Source of the DNA: an uncultured Oscillospiraceae bacterium
Lineage (GTDB): Bacteria; Bacillota; Clostridia; Oscillospirales; Ruminococcaceae
Reading direction: 5' to 3'
Assembly: GCA_934488695.1 (NCBI GenBank)
Contig: CAKSSH010000001.1
Location: 7,476-71,475 of the forward strand
DNA: 64,000 bases
A program made the position numbers and the translations under genes. This document shows positions 1-8,463 of this stretch, piece after piece. How positions within the stretch are numbered: the stretch's first letter is position 1; every line of letters begins with the position of its first letter. The notes beneath the pieces were generated by a model, which had not been told where the DNA came from, made no database searches, and saw nothing but the letters and a program-made list of their open reading frames with translations.

Positions 1-541
1 GCAACGCGTGCATATGGTAGCTGTGATTACCGATTTCAACCAAACCGCTTTCGGCCATCTCTTTAATTTCTTCAAAGGTTACATGGGAGTACACGGGATT
101 GCTTTCGCCGTTTTGGCTGTAAAGCTCGCTGTAATAGCCGATGATTGACAAAACGGCCTTGCAGGAATGCTTTTTTAAGATTGGGAAAATATATTTATAA
201 AAGGAATAATATCCGTCATCAACTGTAATAAGAACCGGTTTTTCGGGCAAAGGGGCGCCGTTGTCAACAAAGTCCAAAAGCTCCTGAGCGCCGATTGTGT
301 GGTAACCGAGCGACAAAAGATGAAGAAGATCGTTTTCAAAAGCCTGCGGCGTAATCACATATTTACCGAGATGACCGCTTTCCGGTAAAAAGTGGTGATA
401 CATCAGCACAGGCAAAAAAACACCTTTATCCGCCTTTTCCCGGCTCGGAGCCGAGAGGACACGTAGACCAATCCCGCCCGTAATCATTAGAAGAAGTGCA
501 CAAAGTGAAAACAAAACCGATTTTTTCAGTCGAATTACCAT
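1..541 (-). CDS. polysaccharide deacetylase (NodB-type) family protein; C-terminal end lies outside the window
   Basis: Own minus-strand translation from ATG (541-539): MVIRLKKSVLFSLCALLLMITGG (signal/TM) ... LPVLMYHHF ... PVLITVDDGYYSFY ... GNHSYHMH. The frame stays open to position 1. It is open-ended, so it is absent from the ORF track. Confidence 0.7.
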   Translation of the reverse strand, partial: MVIRLKKSVLFSLCALLLMITGGIGLRVLSAPSREKADKGVFLPVLMYHHFLPESGHLGKYVITPQAFENDLLHLLSLGYHTIGAQELLDFVDNGAPLPEKPVLITVDDGYYSFYKYIFPILKKHSCKAVLSIIGYYSELYSQNGESNPVYSHVTFEEIKEMAESGLVEIGNHSYHMHAL

Positions 542-636
542 AAAATCGATCGCCGCCTTTCTAGGGATGTTTTATTGTATGCAAATGGATGCGCCGCATA
601 TTGCAAAAAAAAGAAGAGTTTTTTCACCGCAACCGC

Positions 637-665
637 TTGACAAACGATTTGGATGTTGCTATAAT
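637..665 (+). promoter_or_regulatory. sigma-A type promoter upstream of tRNA-Lys
   Basis: TTGACA (637-642), a 17-nt spacer, then TATAAT (660-665). Both hexamers match consensus exactly. Confidence 0.6.
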
Positions 666-701
666 AGACAAGCATCATCGCGATGATGTATTTTTTATTG
701 C

Positions 702-777
702 GATCCATTAGCTCAGTTGGCAGAGCACTTGACTTTTAATCAAGGTGTCCGGAGTTCGAATCTCCGATGGATCACCA
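702..777 (+). tRNA. tRNA-Lys (anticodon UUU), CCA encoded
   Basis: Hand-folded cloverleaf of 76 nt. Acceptor GATCCAT/ATGGATC, D stem GCTC/GAGC, anticodon stem CTTGA/TCAAG with loop CTTTTAA, T stem CGGAG/CTCCG with loop TTCGAAT, 3' ACCA. Confidence 0.9.
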
Positions 778-838
778 TTGGAGTATAATCCGAACTGCTT
801 TGGTTTGGATCTGCAGATAAAATCTTCATTCTTGCTTG

Positions 839-875
839 CCGCTTGATGTTTTCTATCAAGCGGTTTTATTCTTTT
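839..875 (+). terminator. intrinsic terminator after tRNA-Lys
   Basis: Stem CCGCTTGAT / ATCAAGCGG (9 bp) with a 7-nt loop, followed by TTTTATTCTTTT. Confidence 0.6.
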
Positions 876-894
876 CAGAGGACGAAAATGCCGC

Positions 895-923
895 TTGCAT
901 TTCAAAATAACATATGGTATAAT
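895..923 (+). promoter_or_regulatory. sigma-A type promoter of the tyrS leader
   Basis: TTGCAT (895-900), a 17-nt spacer, then TGgTATAAT (extended -10, TATAAT at 918-923). Confidence 0.55.
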
Positions 924-929
924 GTAGCT

Positions 930-1197
930 GTCAAAGGCATTGACGGAGACACAGTAGCGCAAAAAAAGTGCTGAAGAGACCATTCGGGTGGTGCGAGAAT
1001 GGGGCTTTTTTGCGGTGAAATACCCTCCCGAGCCGTTGCCTGGAGCCGTGGCTGTAAGGCATACCGGGTGCGCCCGTTAACGCGCAGGTGTATTTTTTTA
1101 TACACGCCGAGAAGCGCCTTGCGAGAGGGGCTTGAACCAGAGGTGGTACCGCGAAGGATTTTCGCCCTCTGTCCCGAAAGGGGCGGAGGATTTTTTA
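930..1197 (+). promoter_or_regulatory. T-box riboswitch leader (Tyr, specifier UAC) controlling tyrS
   Basis: AGAGA element in stem I. Candidate specifier UAC at 1021-1023. Conserved T-box sequence GGTGGTACCGCG at 1142-1153. Terminator stem 1166-1175/1180-1189 with a GAAA loop, followed by TTTTTT (1191-1196), just before the tyrS RBS. Confidence 0.8.
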
Positions 1198-1215
1198 TTT
1201 CAAGGAGGAATTGTC

Positions 1216-2439
1216 ATGCAAATTTATGAAGAGCTCAGAGAGCGCGGCCTGATTGCACAGGTGACGGATGAAGCAGAAATCCGGGAGCTTATCAATCGCG
1301 GCGGCGCACGTTTTTATATTGGCTTTGACCCGACGGCGGATTCGTTGCATGTCGGCCATTTTATGGCGCTGTGTTTGATGAAGCGGCTGCAAATGGCAGG
1401 AAACCGGCCGGTCGTTTTGATCGGAGGCGGAACCGGGTACGTCGGGGATCCTTCGGGAAGAACGGATATGCGCAGCATGATGACACCGGAGGTTATTGAA
1501 CACAACTGTAACTGTTTTAAAAAGCAGATGGAACGCTTTATTGAGTTCGGTGAAGACAAGGCCATTATGGTGAACAATGCCGAATGGCTTTTAAAGCTTA
1601 ATTATATTGAGCTTTTGCGGGAGGTCGGTGCCTGTTTTTCGGTGAATAATATGCTGCGCGCCGAGTGCTATAAGCAGCGCATGGAGCGTGGCTTAAGCTT
1701 TTTGGAATTTAATTACATGATCATGCAGTCTTATGATTTCTATTATCTGCATAAGAAGTACGGGTGCAATATGCAATTCGGTGGGGATGATCAGTGGAGC
1801 AATATGCTTTTCGGTGCTGATTTGATTCGCAAAAAAACAGGGGAAGACGCCTATGCCATGACGATCACCCTTCTAATGAACAGCGAGGGCAAGAAAATGG
1901 GCAAAACGGCCAATGGCGCCGTGTGGTTGGATCCGAACAAAACTTCTCCGTTTGATTTCTATCAATATTGGCGGAATGTTGATGATGCCGATGTTATGAA
2001 GTGTATCCGGATGCTGACCTTTATCCCGTTGGATCAGATTCGGCAGATGGATAGCTGGTCGGCTGAACGGATCAATGAGAAAAAAGAAGTGCTGGCTTAT
2101 GAGTTGACGTCACTGGTGCACGGTCAGCAGGAGGCGGACAAGGCTCGTGAGGCTTCCCGGGCACTGTTTTCCGGTGAGGGAGACGACAGTAGTATGCCGA
2201 CAACGCAGTTGGATGTTGCCGACCTTTCCGGGGATGGTATTGCCATTATCGATTTGCTGCTTTGCTGCAAGCTTGTCTCCAGCCGCGGCGAGGCACGTCG
2301 TCTGATTGACCAGGGCGGCGTTTCGGTGGATGGCGAGCGCGTTCCCGATTTTGACTTTGTTGTTTCAAAAGAACAATTGATGAACGGCGTAAAGGTGCGC
2401 AAAGGGAAAAAGGTCTTTCATAAGGTGATTTTAAAATAA
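1216..2439 (+). CDS. tyrS: tyrosine--tRNA ligase
   Basis: ATG at 1216 follows AAGGAGG. The track ORF start at 1132 lies inside the T-box leader. HIGH-type motif HVGH, KMSKS-type motif KMGKT, C-terminal S4-like domain. Confidence 0.95.
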   Translation: MQIYEELRERGLIAQVTDEAEIRELINRGGARFYIGFDPTADSLHVGHFMALCLMKRLQMAGNRPVVLIGGGTGYVGDPSGRTDMRSMMTPEVIEHNCNCFKKQMERFIEFGEDKAIMVNNAEWLLKLNYIELLREVGACFSVNNMLRAECYKQRMERGLSFLEFNYMIMQSYDFYYLHKKYGCNMQFGGDDQWSNMLFGADLIRKKTGEDAYAMTITLLMNSEGKKMGKTANGAVWLDPNKTSPFDFYQYWRNVDDADVMKCIRMLTFIPLDQIRQMDSWSAERINEKKEVLAYELTSLVHGQQEADKAREASRALFSGEGDDSSMPTTQLDVADLSGDGIAIIDLLLCCKLVSSRGEARRLIDQGGVSVDGERVPDFDFVVSKEQLMNGVKVRKGKKVFHKVILK

Positions 2440-2460
2440 TTTGTTGAAAGGAGCTTTTAT

Positions 2461-2712
2461 ATGTTAACGTATCAATATGACACTCAGCTTTTGATTGAGG
2501 GACAAGATTTGGATGAGGACGCTATTCGGGCGTACTTTGAACAGAATTTTAAGGGTGATTGTCTGATTGCCGTTGGTGATGACGAGCTTATTAAAATTCA
2601 TTTTCACACCAACGAGCCGTGGGACGTACTGCGCTATTGCGCGTCGCTCGGCAGTATCTTCGACATTGTTGTTGAGGACATGCAGCGCCAGTCGGATGGG
2701 CTGCAGGGGTAA
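2461..2712 (+). CDS. small stand-alone protein resembling the middle domain of DAK2/FakA (YloV)-type fatty-acid kinases
   Basis: 83 aa with RBS GAAAGGAG. The motif GDCLIAVGDDELIKIHFHTNEPWDVL ... VEDMQRQ resembles the GDSLvvv..d...KVHVHT..Pg ... eNM..Q segment I recall from YloV/FakA proteins. Confidence 0.5.
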   Translation: MLTYQYDTQLLIEGQDLDEDAIRAYFEQNFKGDCLIAVGDDELIKIHFHTNEPWDVLRYCASLGSIFDIVVEDMQRQSDGLQG

Positions 2713-2773
2713 TATTAAAACACAGACAGCACGGCGCTAAGAACACGGGCTGTGTTTTGTTCAAACAACGAAA

Positions 2774-2815
2774 GGCGGCAGAAACCAAAAGGTTTCTGCC
2801 GCCTTAACTTTTGTT
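2774..2815. terminator. bidirectional intrinsic terminator
   Basis: Perfect 13-bp stem GGCGGCAGAAACC / GGTTTCTGCCGCC with loop AAAA. T-rich on the plus side, and TTTCGTTGTTT on the minus side. Sits between convergent genes. Confidence 0.7.
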
Positions 2816-2917
2816 TTGCGCAAGGAAAATGATTTTGGAACAACTGCGCAAGCCTTTCGGAAAATCCCCGAAAAAGGAAAGCGCTTTTTTGAAATTAAGA
2901 TTTAAAGTCCGGTACAA

Positions 2918-4099
2918 TTATCGCCCGAAACGCTCCGGCTCAGGAGCGGAAGAGGATTCCGGAAGAGAAAAATCAACCGAGGAATCGTAATTGGAGGACA
3001 CGGTCTCGGATTCGGCGCCCTTTTGGGACGTAGGCGGAGTCGGCTCTGTCGCTTCACCAGAAAGAGCAGACAGGGAAAATCGCCAAATGCCGCCTTGCAG
3101 AAGCTGTTTTTGCGGCAAATTCGGATACGCGTCCGGTGTGGTAGAGGATAAGTAGAGGAAATCGCCGATACAGCAAATTGAATCCGCGGTGTAATCTGAA
3201 AGCTTAAATAGGTTGCCGGAGCTGAATGGAACGGTATAAATGCCGCCGTCCCGACCACAGAAGTAGGCGTTTGTTTTGCTGACGGTACAGGTCCAAAGAT
3301 TGAGCTGAACGGCAAGGCGGATCGGTTCGTTGGAAAACATTTGCACAATATAAGTGGCGTCGGCGGTGCTGTACAATAATTGACTGCCGACGACCATAAA
3401 TCCGCTCAGGTCGTGCGGAGTTTCACGAATAAGCTGCGTATCGCTTCCGTCCGGATTCATGGAGAAAACAGCGGACCCGGCATTGTAGAAAATACGGCCG
3501 CGAATAATGTAAAATTCATTGACCTCTCGTGCCAAGGCCGTGACCTTTCCGTCTTGCTGACAGTATAAAGTGCTGCGGCCGTAATGTCCCTTATCGGCCA
3601 AGAAAAAATCCTTGTCTTCATAATGCAACAGAGAGGAAATGCTTTTTTGCTCAAATAACGGATCGATTATGGCAGCGGAAAGCGTTTTTTCTTTGAGGTC
3701 AAACACACTGTACCCGGTTGCACCGTCCTCTTTGCGGTAGCCGACGCTGATTTTTTGCGGCATGATATATTGAATCGAAGAAAAGGTATAGGCGTTGTGG
3801 GCGTACACCTTGGAAAGAGCATTTTTTAGAGCTAACTGCTTGTAGATGCCGCCGGAATCGGCGCAATAAAATATATCGCCGTTTTCATCCGCTGAAATAA
3901 AGGTGGGGCGCAGCAGGTCAGCTTCAGCGTCCGCCATTCCCCATCCGGAGGCGTTGTACGGATATGAAAATGTGTTTTCGGTCACCGCAGTTTCGGAGAC
4001 GGCGGTTAATGAAGACGTTGTCAGCACCTCTTTCCGGCAGGAGGAAAGAAGGACGCAGGCAAGCAGCACTATGACCGATAACATATGCTTTTGAAGCAT
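2918..4099 (-). CDS. predicted lipoprotein with beta-propeller-like repeats (DUF5050/TolB-like)
   Basis: Signal peptide with lipobox LLSSC. Recurring motifs IFYCADSGGIY, FFLADKGHYGRSTLY, IFYNAGSAVFSMNPDGSDTQLI and AYFCGRDGGIYTV. RBS AGGAGAG. Confidence 0.6.
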   Translation of the reverse strand: MLQKHMLSVIVLLACVLLSSCRKEVLTTSSLTAVSETAVTENTFSYPYNASGWGMADAEADLLRPTFISADENGDIFYCADSGGIYKQLALKNALSKVYAHNAYTFSSIQYIMPQKISVGYRKEDGATGYSVFDLKEKTLSAAIIDPLFEQKSISSLLHYEDKDFFLADKGHYGRSTLYCQQDGKVTALAREVNEFYIIRGRIFYNAGSAVFSMNPDGSDTQLIRETPHDLSGFMVVGSQLLYSTADATYIVQMFSNEPIRLAVQLNLWTCTVSKTNAYFCGRDGGIYTVPFSSGNLFKLSDYTADSICCIGDFLYLSSTTPDAYPNLPQKQLLQGGIWRFSLSALSGEATEPTPPTSQKGAESETVSSNYDSSVDFSLPESSSAPEPERFGR

Positions 4100-4120
4100 G
4101 AAATCTCTCCTTGTTTGGGG

Positions 4121-4645
4121 TTACAGGGTTTCAGGTGCGGGATAGGCTTGGCCGAAGGTGTCCACAGTGACTTTTTCAATCGCCTGATCCTCGTACGGCT
4201 TGTCCCGGAAATCACGGGCTGCCGATACAATGGTATCAACCGTTTCCATGCCGGCAAGGACTCGCCCAAAAGCGGCGTACTGCCCGTCCAGGTGCGGGGC
4301 GTTCTCCGTCATGATGAAAAACTGAGAGCCGGCACTGTCGGGGTCCATGGAGCGCGCCATGGAAATGACGCCGCGGGTGTGCGCAAGGTTATTGTCAAAC
4401 CCGTTTGCGGAAAATTCACCGGCAATGGCATAGCCGGGCCCGCCGATACCGGTTCCTTGCGGATCGCCGCCTTGAATCATAAAGCCGGGAATGACCCGGT
4501 GAAAAATAAGACCGTCATAAAAATGCTGCTCAACCAGAGAAATAAAATTCCGAACGGTGTTGGGGGCTGTTTCCGGAAAAAGCTCGATTTCAATCGGTGT
4601 CAGTGCACTGTCTTGCATTTTAATATGAACAATAGGGTTTTTCAT
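4121..4645 (-). CDS. ppiB: peptidyl-prolyl cis-trans isomerase, cyclophilin type
   Basis: Motifs FHRVIPGFMIQGGDP and SMARS..PDSAGSQFFI. Start taken at MKNPIVH (4645). Lies 21 nt upstream of the lipoprotein gene on the same strand. Confidence 0.9.
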   Translation of the reverse strand: MKNPIVHIKMQDSALTPIEIELFPETAPNTVRNFISLVEQHFYDGLIFHRVIPGFMIQGGDPQGTGIGGPGYAIAGEFSANGFDNNLAHTRGVISMARSMDPDSAGSQFFIMTENAPHLDGQYAAFGRVLAGMETVDTIVSAARDFRDKPYEDQAIEKVTVDTFGQAYPAPETL

Positions 4646-4766
4646 AAAAAGACACAACCTTCGTTTTATTATTGAAAAAGTATAGCATATTTTTCTAAAA
4701 AAAGCAAGGGGCGCATGCCGCAGTCCATTGCGGAATATATATAGGAAAAAACGGGAGAGGGATAAT

Positions 4767-5354
4767 GTGGGAACTGTGGTACTGGGGATCTGCCTTTTGT
4801 CATTGGCGGCAGCTGCTTTTTTCGGGAATGCGCAGCCGTTGGCTCAGGCAGCGGTCAATGGGGCAGGGGAGGCAGTGCGGTTGGTGCTGTTGTTGACCGG
4901 CGGCCTGTGTTTTTGGGGCGGCGTTATGCGTCTTGCGCAAAAAGCCGGACTGTGCACGCTTTTGTCTAAGCTTCTCTCACCGCTACTTCGCCGGCTGTTT
5001 CCGCTTCTAAAAAAGGGGGACCGAGCCGCCGAGCTTATCAGTATGAATCTTTCGGCCAATTTGTTGGGGCTTGGCAATGCGGCAACCCCGTTTGGACTTG
5101 CCGCCATGCGGGAGCTGCAGAAGCAAAATCCGACGCCGCCTCGTGCCACAGACGCCCAAGTGACCTTTGCGGTGCTTAACAGTGCTTCATTACAGCTTTT
5201 GCCGACGACGCTCTGTGTTTTACGGGCGGCACACGGTTGCAAAAATCCGCTGAATATTTTGCCGGCGGTGCTTTGCACCTCGGCGTTGTCTCTTGCGGTC
5301 GGTCTTTTTGCTGACCGGATGTTTCGTGCCTTGAGCGGGAGGAAAAGGAAATGA
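4767..5354 (+). CDS. spmA: spore maturation protein A (nucleoside recognition domain membrane protein)
   Basis: Multi-TM Gate-domain-like sequence (GGLCFWGGVMRLAQKAGL, NLLGLGNAATPFGL). GTG at 4767 follows GGGAGAGGG. Overlaps spmB (ATGA). Confidence 0.75.
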   Translation: MGTVVLGICLLSLAAAAFFGNAQPLAQAAVNGAGEAVRLVLLLTGGLCFWGGVMRLAQKAGLCTLLSKLLSPLLRRLFPLLKKGDRAAELISMNLSANLLGLGNAATPFGLAAMRELQKQNPTPPRATDAQVTFAVLNSASLQLLPTTLCVLRAAHGCKNPLNILPAVLCTSALSLAVGLFADRMFRALSGRKRK

Positions 5355-5875
5355 ACTGGACGCTGTACCTTTTGCCGGGGATTCTCTGCGCTGTTTTGCT
5401 TTGCGCAAAGCTTCGGCGAGTTGATATTCTTAAAGAATTTTCAATCGGCGCTTCCCAAGGGCTTCAAACTGCTGCCGGGTTGATCCCGACACTGTCTTTA
5501 CTGATGACGGCAGTCGGCATGCTGCGTGCCTCGGGCGCACTGGAGGCGGTAACAGGTTTGCTGGCGCCTGCAGTCTCTCGTCTCGGGATTCGGCAAGAGG
5601 TCTTGCCGCTCATGCTTTTGAAACCGTTTTCCGGATCCGGGTCCTTTGCACTGCTGGAGGACATTTTTACTCATTACGGCGCTGACAGCTTTGTCGGCCG
5701 TGTTGCTTCGGTGATTGCCGGCTCCACCGAAACGACTTTTTATACCGTTGCTGTCTATTTCGGCTCAATCGGTGTCAGCCGTACGCGTCACACCGTTCCG
5801 GCGGCCGTCGCGGCGGACATCACCGGATTTCTGCTCAGCGGCTTTTTTGTCCGCATTTTTCTTCAAAAGGCATAA
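5351..5875 (+). CDS. spmB: spore maturation protein B
   Basis: 174-aa membrane protein translationally coupled to spmA. Motifs LKPFSGSGSFALL and GSTETTFYTVAVYFG are typical of SpmB. Confidence 0.75.
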   Translation: MNWTLYLLPGILCAVLLCAKLRRVDILKEFSIGASQGLQTAAGLIPTLSLLMTAVGMLRASGALEAVTGLLAPAVSRLGIRQEVLPLMLLKPFSGSGSFALLEDIFTHYGADSFVGRVASVIAGSTETTFYTVAVYFGSIGVSRTRHTVPAAVAADITGFLLSGFFVRIFLQKA

Positions 5876-5935
5876 ATTAGGGCAATTTTACCAATAAAAA
5901 ATTAAAAAATTTATGATGTTTGGGTATTTTACCAC

Positions 5936-5964
5936 TTTACTTTAGCTAAATAAAGTGATAAACT
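5936..5964 (+). promoter_or_regulatory. candidate promoter of the ABC transporter operon
   Basis: TTTACT, a 17-nt spacer, then TGaTAAACT. An imperfect match. Confidence 0.35.
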
Positions 5965-5997
5965 AATAGCACAGTAAACCAAACGGAGGAAAAAACC

Positions 5998-6807
5998 ATG
6001 AAAAAAATCATTGCATTATTGATCGCCGTTGTGCTGACAGCTGTTTTGTTTGTCGGCTGCGGCAAAAAAGAGGACAAGACAGACGCGGCTTATATTCTGG
6101 ACAAAAAGACTTTGATTGTCGGCATTACCGATTTTGAGCCGATGGATTATCAGGCGGCCGGCATGACCGGTGATGAGTGGACCGGCTTTGACGCCGAGCT
6201 TGCCAAAAAGGTTGGCGAAAAATTGGGCGTCAGCGTAAAGTTCCAGTTGGTTGACTGGGAGAAAAAAGAAACCGAGTTGGCTTCTAAAACGATTGACTGC
6301 CTTTGGAACGGCCTTACCTGGGACGAAGAACGTGCCCAAAACATGAGCATGAGCGACTATTATATGCGCAACCGTCAGGTGCTGGTAGTTGCCGGGAAGA
6401 ACAAGGAAAAGCTCAACACCATTGAGGCTCTTTCTAAGGTCAAGATTGCTGCCGAAAGCGGGTCGGCCGGTGAGAAGTTTATCGGTGAAAAGCTGCCGGA
6501 CGCCACTTATATTGAAAAGGATGCTCAAAAAGATGTGTTGACCGAATTGCTTGCCGGAACGGTTGATGCCGGCGTGATCGACTACATTATGGCGTATTAC
6601 CTCATCAATAAAGAGGGCAGCGACTTTTCAAGCCTTGCCATTTTGGACGGCGTTGTCAAGACCGAAGAGGAATATTATGCTGTGGCTTTCCGCAAAGGAA
6701 GCGACATGACGGCGAAGGTCAATGAGATTCTTCGTGAATTCAAAGCAGACGGTACCGTGAAGAAGCTGGCGGAGAAATACAGCCTGCAGGATGCGCTTGC
6801 GGATTAA
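5998..6807 (+). CDS. amino acid ABC transporter substrate-binding lipoprotein (family 3 SBP)
   Basis: Lipobox LFVGCG. SBP_bac_3-like sequence (DFEPMDY, FDAELAKKVGEKLGV, IDCLWNGLT). First gene of the SBP-permease-ATPase unit. Confidence 0.85.
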   Translation: MKKIIALLIAVVLTAVLFVGCGKKEDKTDAAYILDKKTLIVGITDFEPMDYQAAGMTGDEWTGFDAELAKKVGEKLGVSVKFQLVDWEKKETELASKTIDCLWNGLTWDEERAQNMSMSDYYMRNRQVLVVAGKNKEKLNTIEALSKVKIAAESGSAGEKFIGEKLPDATYIEKDAQKDVLTELLAGTVDAGVIDYIMAYYLINKEGSDFSSLAILDGVVKTEEEYYAVAFRKGSDMTAKVNEILREFKADGTVKKLAEKYSLQDALAD

Positions 6808-6893
6808 GATTTTTCAATAGGGGAATAATCGACGGGCGACGGGAATTTTCCCGCCGCCGTCGTCCTGCGTTTGGGGAATAAGGAGACTTATAC

Positions 6894-7547
6894 ATGTATC
6901 GTTTTGGGGATATTTTTGTTGCGCTGGCAGCCGGATTTGGGGTTACGCTGAAGCTTTTTGCCTTGACGCTGCTGTTTGCGTTGCCGTTGGGGCTGATTTT
7001 TGCGTTCGGTTCCATGTCTAAATTTCGGCCGTTGTCTTATCTTGTTAAGATTTTTGTCTGGATTATTCGCGGAACGCCGCTGATGCTTCAGATTATGGTG
7101 GTTTTTTATGTTCCGGGGATTGTTTTCGGTGCTCCGATTTTTGCCAATAACCGTTTTTTGGCGGCACTGATCACCTTTGTCATCAATTACGCCTGCTACT
7201 TTTCCGAAATATATCGCGGCGGGATTGAAGGAATTTCCCGTGGTCAGTATGAGGCCGGCCAGGTGCTCGGAATGAGCCGGGGACAAATTTTCTTTCGGAT
7301 TGTGCTTCCACAGGTTATCAAGAGAATTGTTCCGCCGATGTCCAATGAAATTATCACACTGGTGAAAGACACTTCGCTTGTTCGGGTAATTTCCATTATT
7401 GAGATTATTAAAGTGGCTGAAAAATTTGCCGCCAAGGGCCTTATCTGGCCGCTGTTCTTTACCGGCGTATATTATTTGGCTTTCTGTGGTTTGTTGACGC
7501 TGTTGTTCGGCTATATCGAAAAGAAGCTCAGTTATTATAAGGTGTAA
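6894..7547 (+). CDS. amino acid ABC transporter permease (His/Glu/Gln/Arg/opine type)
   Basis: 217 aa, multi-TM. Motifs IIRGTPLMLQI and EAGQVLGMSRGQIFFRIVLPQ (EAA-loop like). Confidence 0.85.
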   Translation: MYRFGDIFVALAAGFGVTLKLFALTLLFALPLGLIFAFGSMSKFRPLSYLVKIFVWIIRGTPLMLQIMVVFYVPGIVFGAPIFANNRFLAALITFVINYACYFSEIYRGGIEGISRGQYEAGQVLGMSRGQIFFRIVLPQVIKRIVPPMSNEIITLVKDTSLVRVISIIEIIKVAEKFAAKGLIWPLFFTGVYYLAFCGLLTLLFGYIEKKLSYYKV

Positions 7548-7559
7548 GGAGGTGCCGTT

Positions 7560-8306
7560 ATGGCAGTTTTGGAAATTTGTAATTTAACAAAAGGCTTTGG
7601 GAAAACCGATGTGCTCAACGGCATCTCTTTTTCGGTCGAAAAAGGACAAACCGTTGCCGTGATCGGCTCTTCCGGCAGCGGGAAATCTACACTTTTGCGG
7701 TGTGCAACGCTGCTTGAGCGGGCGGACGGCGGCAGCATCGCCTATAACGGGGAGTACCTGCTGCAAGACCATGTTTATGCAGAGGGCGCCGACCGTAGAC
7801 GGATATGCAGCTATTTCGGATTGGTTTTCCAAAATTTCAATTTATTCCCGCACCTTTCGGTGATGCAAAATATCATTGAGGCACCGATTCGCGTTCAAAA
7901 ACGTGCGCGGGACGAGGTCTTGGCACAGGCGCGTGCGCTGCTTGGTCAAATGGGCCTTTCCGATAAAGAAAACGCCTATCCCTGCGAGCTTTCGGGTGGA
8001 CAGCAGCAGCGGGTGGCTATTGCACGGGCCCTTGCACTATCACCGGAAGTCCTATTCTTTGACGAGCCGACCAGTGCATTGGACCCCGAGCTTACCGGGG
8101 AAGTGTTATCGGTTATTCGTGCTTTAGCCGAGAAAAAGATGACGATGGTGATAGTTACGCATGAAATGGCCTTTGCGCGTGACGTTGCCGACCGGGTTGT
8201 TTTCATGGACGGCGGCATGATTGCCGAGGAGGGAAATCCGGAGGAGCTTTTTTATCATCCGAAATCCGAACGGCTGAAAAGCTTTTTGAAAAGTGCAAAT
8301 CTTTAA
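7560..8306 (+). CDS. amino acid ABC transporter ATP-binding protein
   Basis: Walker [10 protein letters not shown], signature [15 protein letters not shown], Walker [12 protein letters not shown]. Confidence 0.9.
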   Translation: MAVLEICNLTKGFGKTDVLNGISFSVEKGQTVAVIGSSGSGKSTLLRCATLLERADGGSIAYNGEYLLQDHVYAEGADRRRICSYFGLVFQNFNLFPHLSVMQNIIEAPIRVQKRARDEVLAQARALLGQMGLSDKENAYPCELSGGQQQRVAIARALALSPEVLFFDEPTSALDPELTGEVLSVIRALAEKKMTMVIVTHEMAFARDVADRVVFMDGGMIAEEGNPEELFYHPKSERLKSFLKSANL

Positions 8307-8312
8307 TAGTCG

Positions 8313-8337
8313 GGCGGCGCTGCGGCGCCGCCTTTTT
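8313..8337 (+). terminator. intrinsic terminator after the ABC operon
   Basis: Stem GGCGGCGC / GCGCCGCC (8 bp) with loop TGCG, followed by TTTTT. Confidence 0.7.
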
Positions 8338-8397
8338 GCATGAAATTTCCAAAAGGGTGCAGACTATAAACGAACGGCGGATTTGTACGGGCCGGAA

Positions 8398-8426
8398 TTG
8401 ACAAATTATGATATTAATGGTATAAT
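8398..8426 (+). promoter_or_regulatory. sigma-A type promoter of the envelope gene cluster
   Basis: TTGACA (8398-8403), a 17-nt spacer, then TGgTATAAT (TATAAT at 8421-8426). Consensus hexamers plus an extended -10. Confidence 0.6.
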
Positions 8427-8463
8427 AAAACGGTTAATCGGAAAGGAAACGAGAGGGAGCCTC

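Noticed and set aside
702-900. tRNA-Lys as a possible integration site for a mobile element
   Set aside because: No integrase or recombinase, no direct repeat of the tRNA 3' end, and no compositional break downstream. The next element is the tyrS T-box and housekeeping genes.
999-1229. 76-aa plus-strand ORF, and the 84-nt N-terminal extension of the tyrS ORF (track start 1132)
   Set aside because: Both lie inside the tyrS T-box leader, covering the T-box sequence and the terminator hairpin. The ATG at 1216 has a proper AAGGAGG RBS, and the protein from there aligns with TyrRS N-termini.
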